In this document: positions 6,536 through 7,265 of the stretch, piece after piece
How the letters are laid out: every line of letters starts with the position of its first letter
Position numbering within the stretch: position 1 is the first letter of the stretch
Assembly: GCA_964457525.1 (NCBI GenBank)
Contig: CAYWGS010000072.1
Span: forward strand, 1-7,265
Direction: 5' to 3'
DNA: 7,265 bases
Source: an uncultured Erysipelotrichaceae bacterium
GTDB lineage: Bacteria; Bacillota_I; Bacilli_A; Erysipelotrichales; Erysipelotrichaceae
Position numbers and translations under genes: made by a program
The notes under the pieces: model-generated
What the model was told of the DNA's origin: nothing
What the model saw: the letters and a program-made list of their open reading frames with translations, nothing else
Databases searched by the model: none

Positions 6536-6564
6536 ATTGTACACTGTTTGTGAAATACTCTCAA
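6536..6564 (-). promoter_or_regulatory. Candidate sigma-A promoter of the WYL/DprA-like operon (predicts a leaderless mRNA)
   Basis: Minus strand reads TTGAGA (6559-6564), a 17-nt spacer, TACAAT (6536-6541), 7 nt (AATCCAT), then ATG (6526-6528). Confidence 0.5.
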
Positions 6565-6588
6565 TAAAAAACAAGTTTTTGACTTGTT
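6565..6588 (-). terminator. Weak rho-independent terminator / inverted repeat after the membrane-protein gene
   Basis: Minus strand reads AACAAGT-CAAAA-ACTTGTT followed by TTTTATT. The 7-bp stem has only two G:C pairs and overlaps the TAA stop (6587-6589). Confidence 0.4.
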
Positions 6589-7231
6589 AGTGGAGATTTA
6601 GTGCTTTTCTCCAATACTTCGAGAAGAATGCGATTAAACTACCAACCGTAAACGCAAAGATAACAGTCCCTTCTCGAACAGGTGCATACGGAAGCGCAAA
6701 TGCCCATGTCATGAATAAAGATGAAAGGACAAATAAGAAATCTGCACCGGTTCGAACCTTGATAAATGGAATCTTAAAATGTTCAGAAAACACAACAATA
6801 AATGCATCATAGGGTAGTACAACTAACTTAACACTCATCATTAAACTTACCCCCAGTGACATCATCACAATGCCAATGAGTAGAGCGATAACTTGAAATC
6901 CATAATTGGATAAATTTAATTGAGCAATAAAGCTAAAGTCATAAAGAAAGAAGTTTACGATATTTCCAAATACTAAACTTAACAAAGGTTGTAGGATTAA
7001 AATGGGTTTAACTTTCTTACCGAGTAATATTAACTCAAAAACAAAGCATAATAAATTAAAGTAGATTAACACAGTTCCTGCTTTGATATTGATGACATGT
7101 GCTAATGCATTGGTAAAGCCTGAAACAGTGCTTTGACCTAGATTTGCTTTAATGATTAATGACATACCAAAGCCAATCATAGCGATCGCAATTAATGTAT
7201 AAACTAAATGAATTAAGAATTTTTTTTGCAC
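6587..7231 (-). CDS. YczE/YyaS/YitT-family (DUF6198-like) integral membrane protein, 214 aa
   Basis: About six hydrophobic segments. The N-terminal pattern LIAIAMIGFGMSLIIKANLGQS is characteristic of the YczE/YitT family (G-x-x-L-x-I-K-A-x-L-G). The start codon is GTG (7229-7231), with a GAGGT Shine-Dalgarno 6 nt upstream. Confidence 0.75.
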   Translation of the reverse strand: MQKKFLIHLVYTLIAIAMIGFGMSLIIKANLGQSTVSGFTNALAHVINIKAGTVLIYFNLLCFVFELILLGKKVKPILILQPLLSLVFGNIVNFFLYDFSFIAQLNLSNYGFQVIALLIGIVMMSLGVSLMMSVKLVVLPYDAFIVVFSEHFKIPFIKVRTGADFLFVLSSLFMTWAFALPYAPVREGTVIFAFTVGSLIAFFSKYWRKALNLH

Positions 7232-7265
7232 ACGATTACCTCAAACCTATATAGCACTATATCAT

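Noticed and set aside
7249-7262. 14-nt palindrome ATATAG-CA-CTATAT upstream of the membrane-protein gene. On the minus strand it contains TGCTATATA, which is extended -10-like.
   Set aside because: It lies at the window edge, so no -35 or upstream context is visible. It is an AT-only repeat in AT-rich DNA and would leave an extremely short leader. It cannot be evaluated here.
1-7265. Looked for signs that the WYL/DprA-like region is a horizontally acquired island: a compositional shift, flanking repeats, integrase or transposase, or a tRNA target. Also looked for CRISPR repeats and RNA genes.
   Set aside because: Hand counts of single 60-nt lines gave G+C of 17-21 per 60 in the WYL/DprA-like genes, 22-26 in the CoADR gene and 15 in msrB, so there is no clean compositional boundary. 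No direct or inverted flanking repeats, mobility genes, tRNA/rRNA-like sequence or repeat-spacer arrays were seen. A proper sliding-window GC/k-mer analysis and comparison with related genomes would be needed to call an island.

Overview
AT-rich chromosomal segment that reads cleanly under the standard genetic code and looks Bacillota-like (Erysipelotrichia/Acholeplasma-type is only a guess). All seven recognisable genes are on the minus strand. In transcription order (right to left): a YczE/YitT-like integral membrane protein (6587..7231); a WYL-domain transcriptional regulator (5551..6528, or 6564) whose stop overlaps by 8 nt the start of a 289-aa divergent DprA/Smf-like (SLOG-fold) protein (4689..5558); an 826-aa four-domain fusion of CoA-disulfide/persulfide reductase, rhodanese, TusA and DsrE (2065..4545), followed by a good terminator; an MBL-fold hydrolase (1387..2013); msrB (902..1324) co-transcribed with a small SWIM zinc-finger protein (339..887), followed by a terminator; and the first 56 codons of a PTS EIIA gene running off the left edge (1..169). 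I found no rRNA, tRNA, CRISPR array, transposase, integrase or long repeat. The best candidate for an uncharacterised system is the translationally coupled WYL regulator + degenerate DprA-like pair, which appears to be driven by a promoter placed so that the WYL mRNA would be leaderless. The four-cysteine CoADR-Rhd-TusA-DsrE fusion and the msrB-SWIM operon are secondary points. All functional calls come from motif recognition by eye and need profile or structure searches to confirm.
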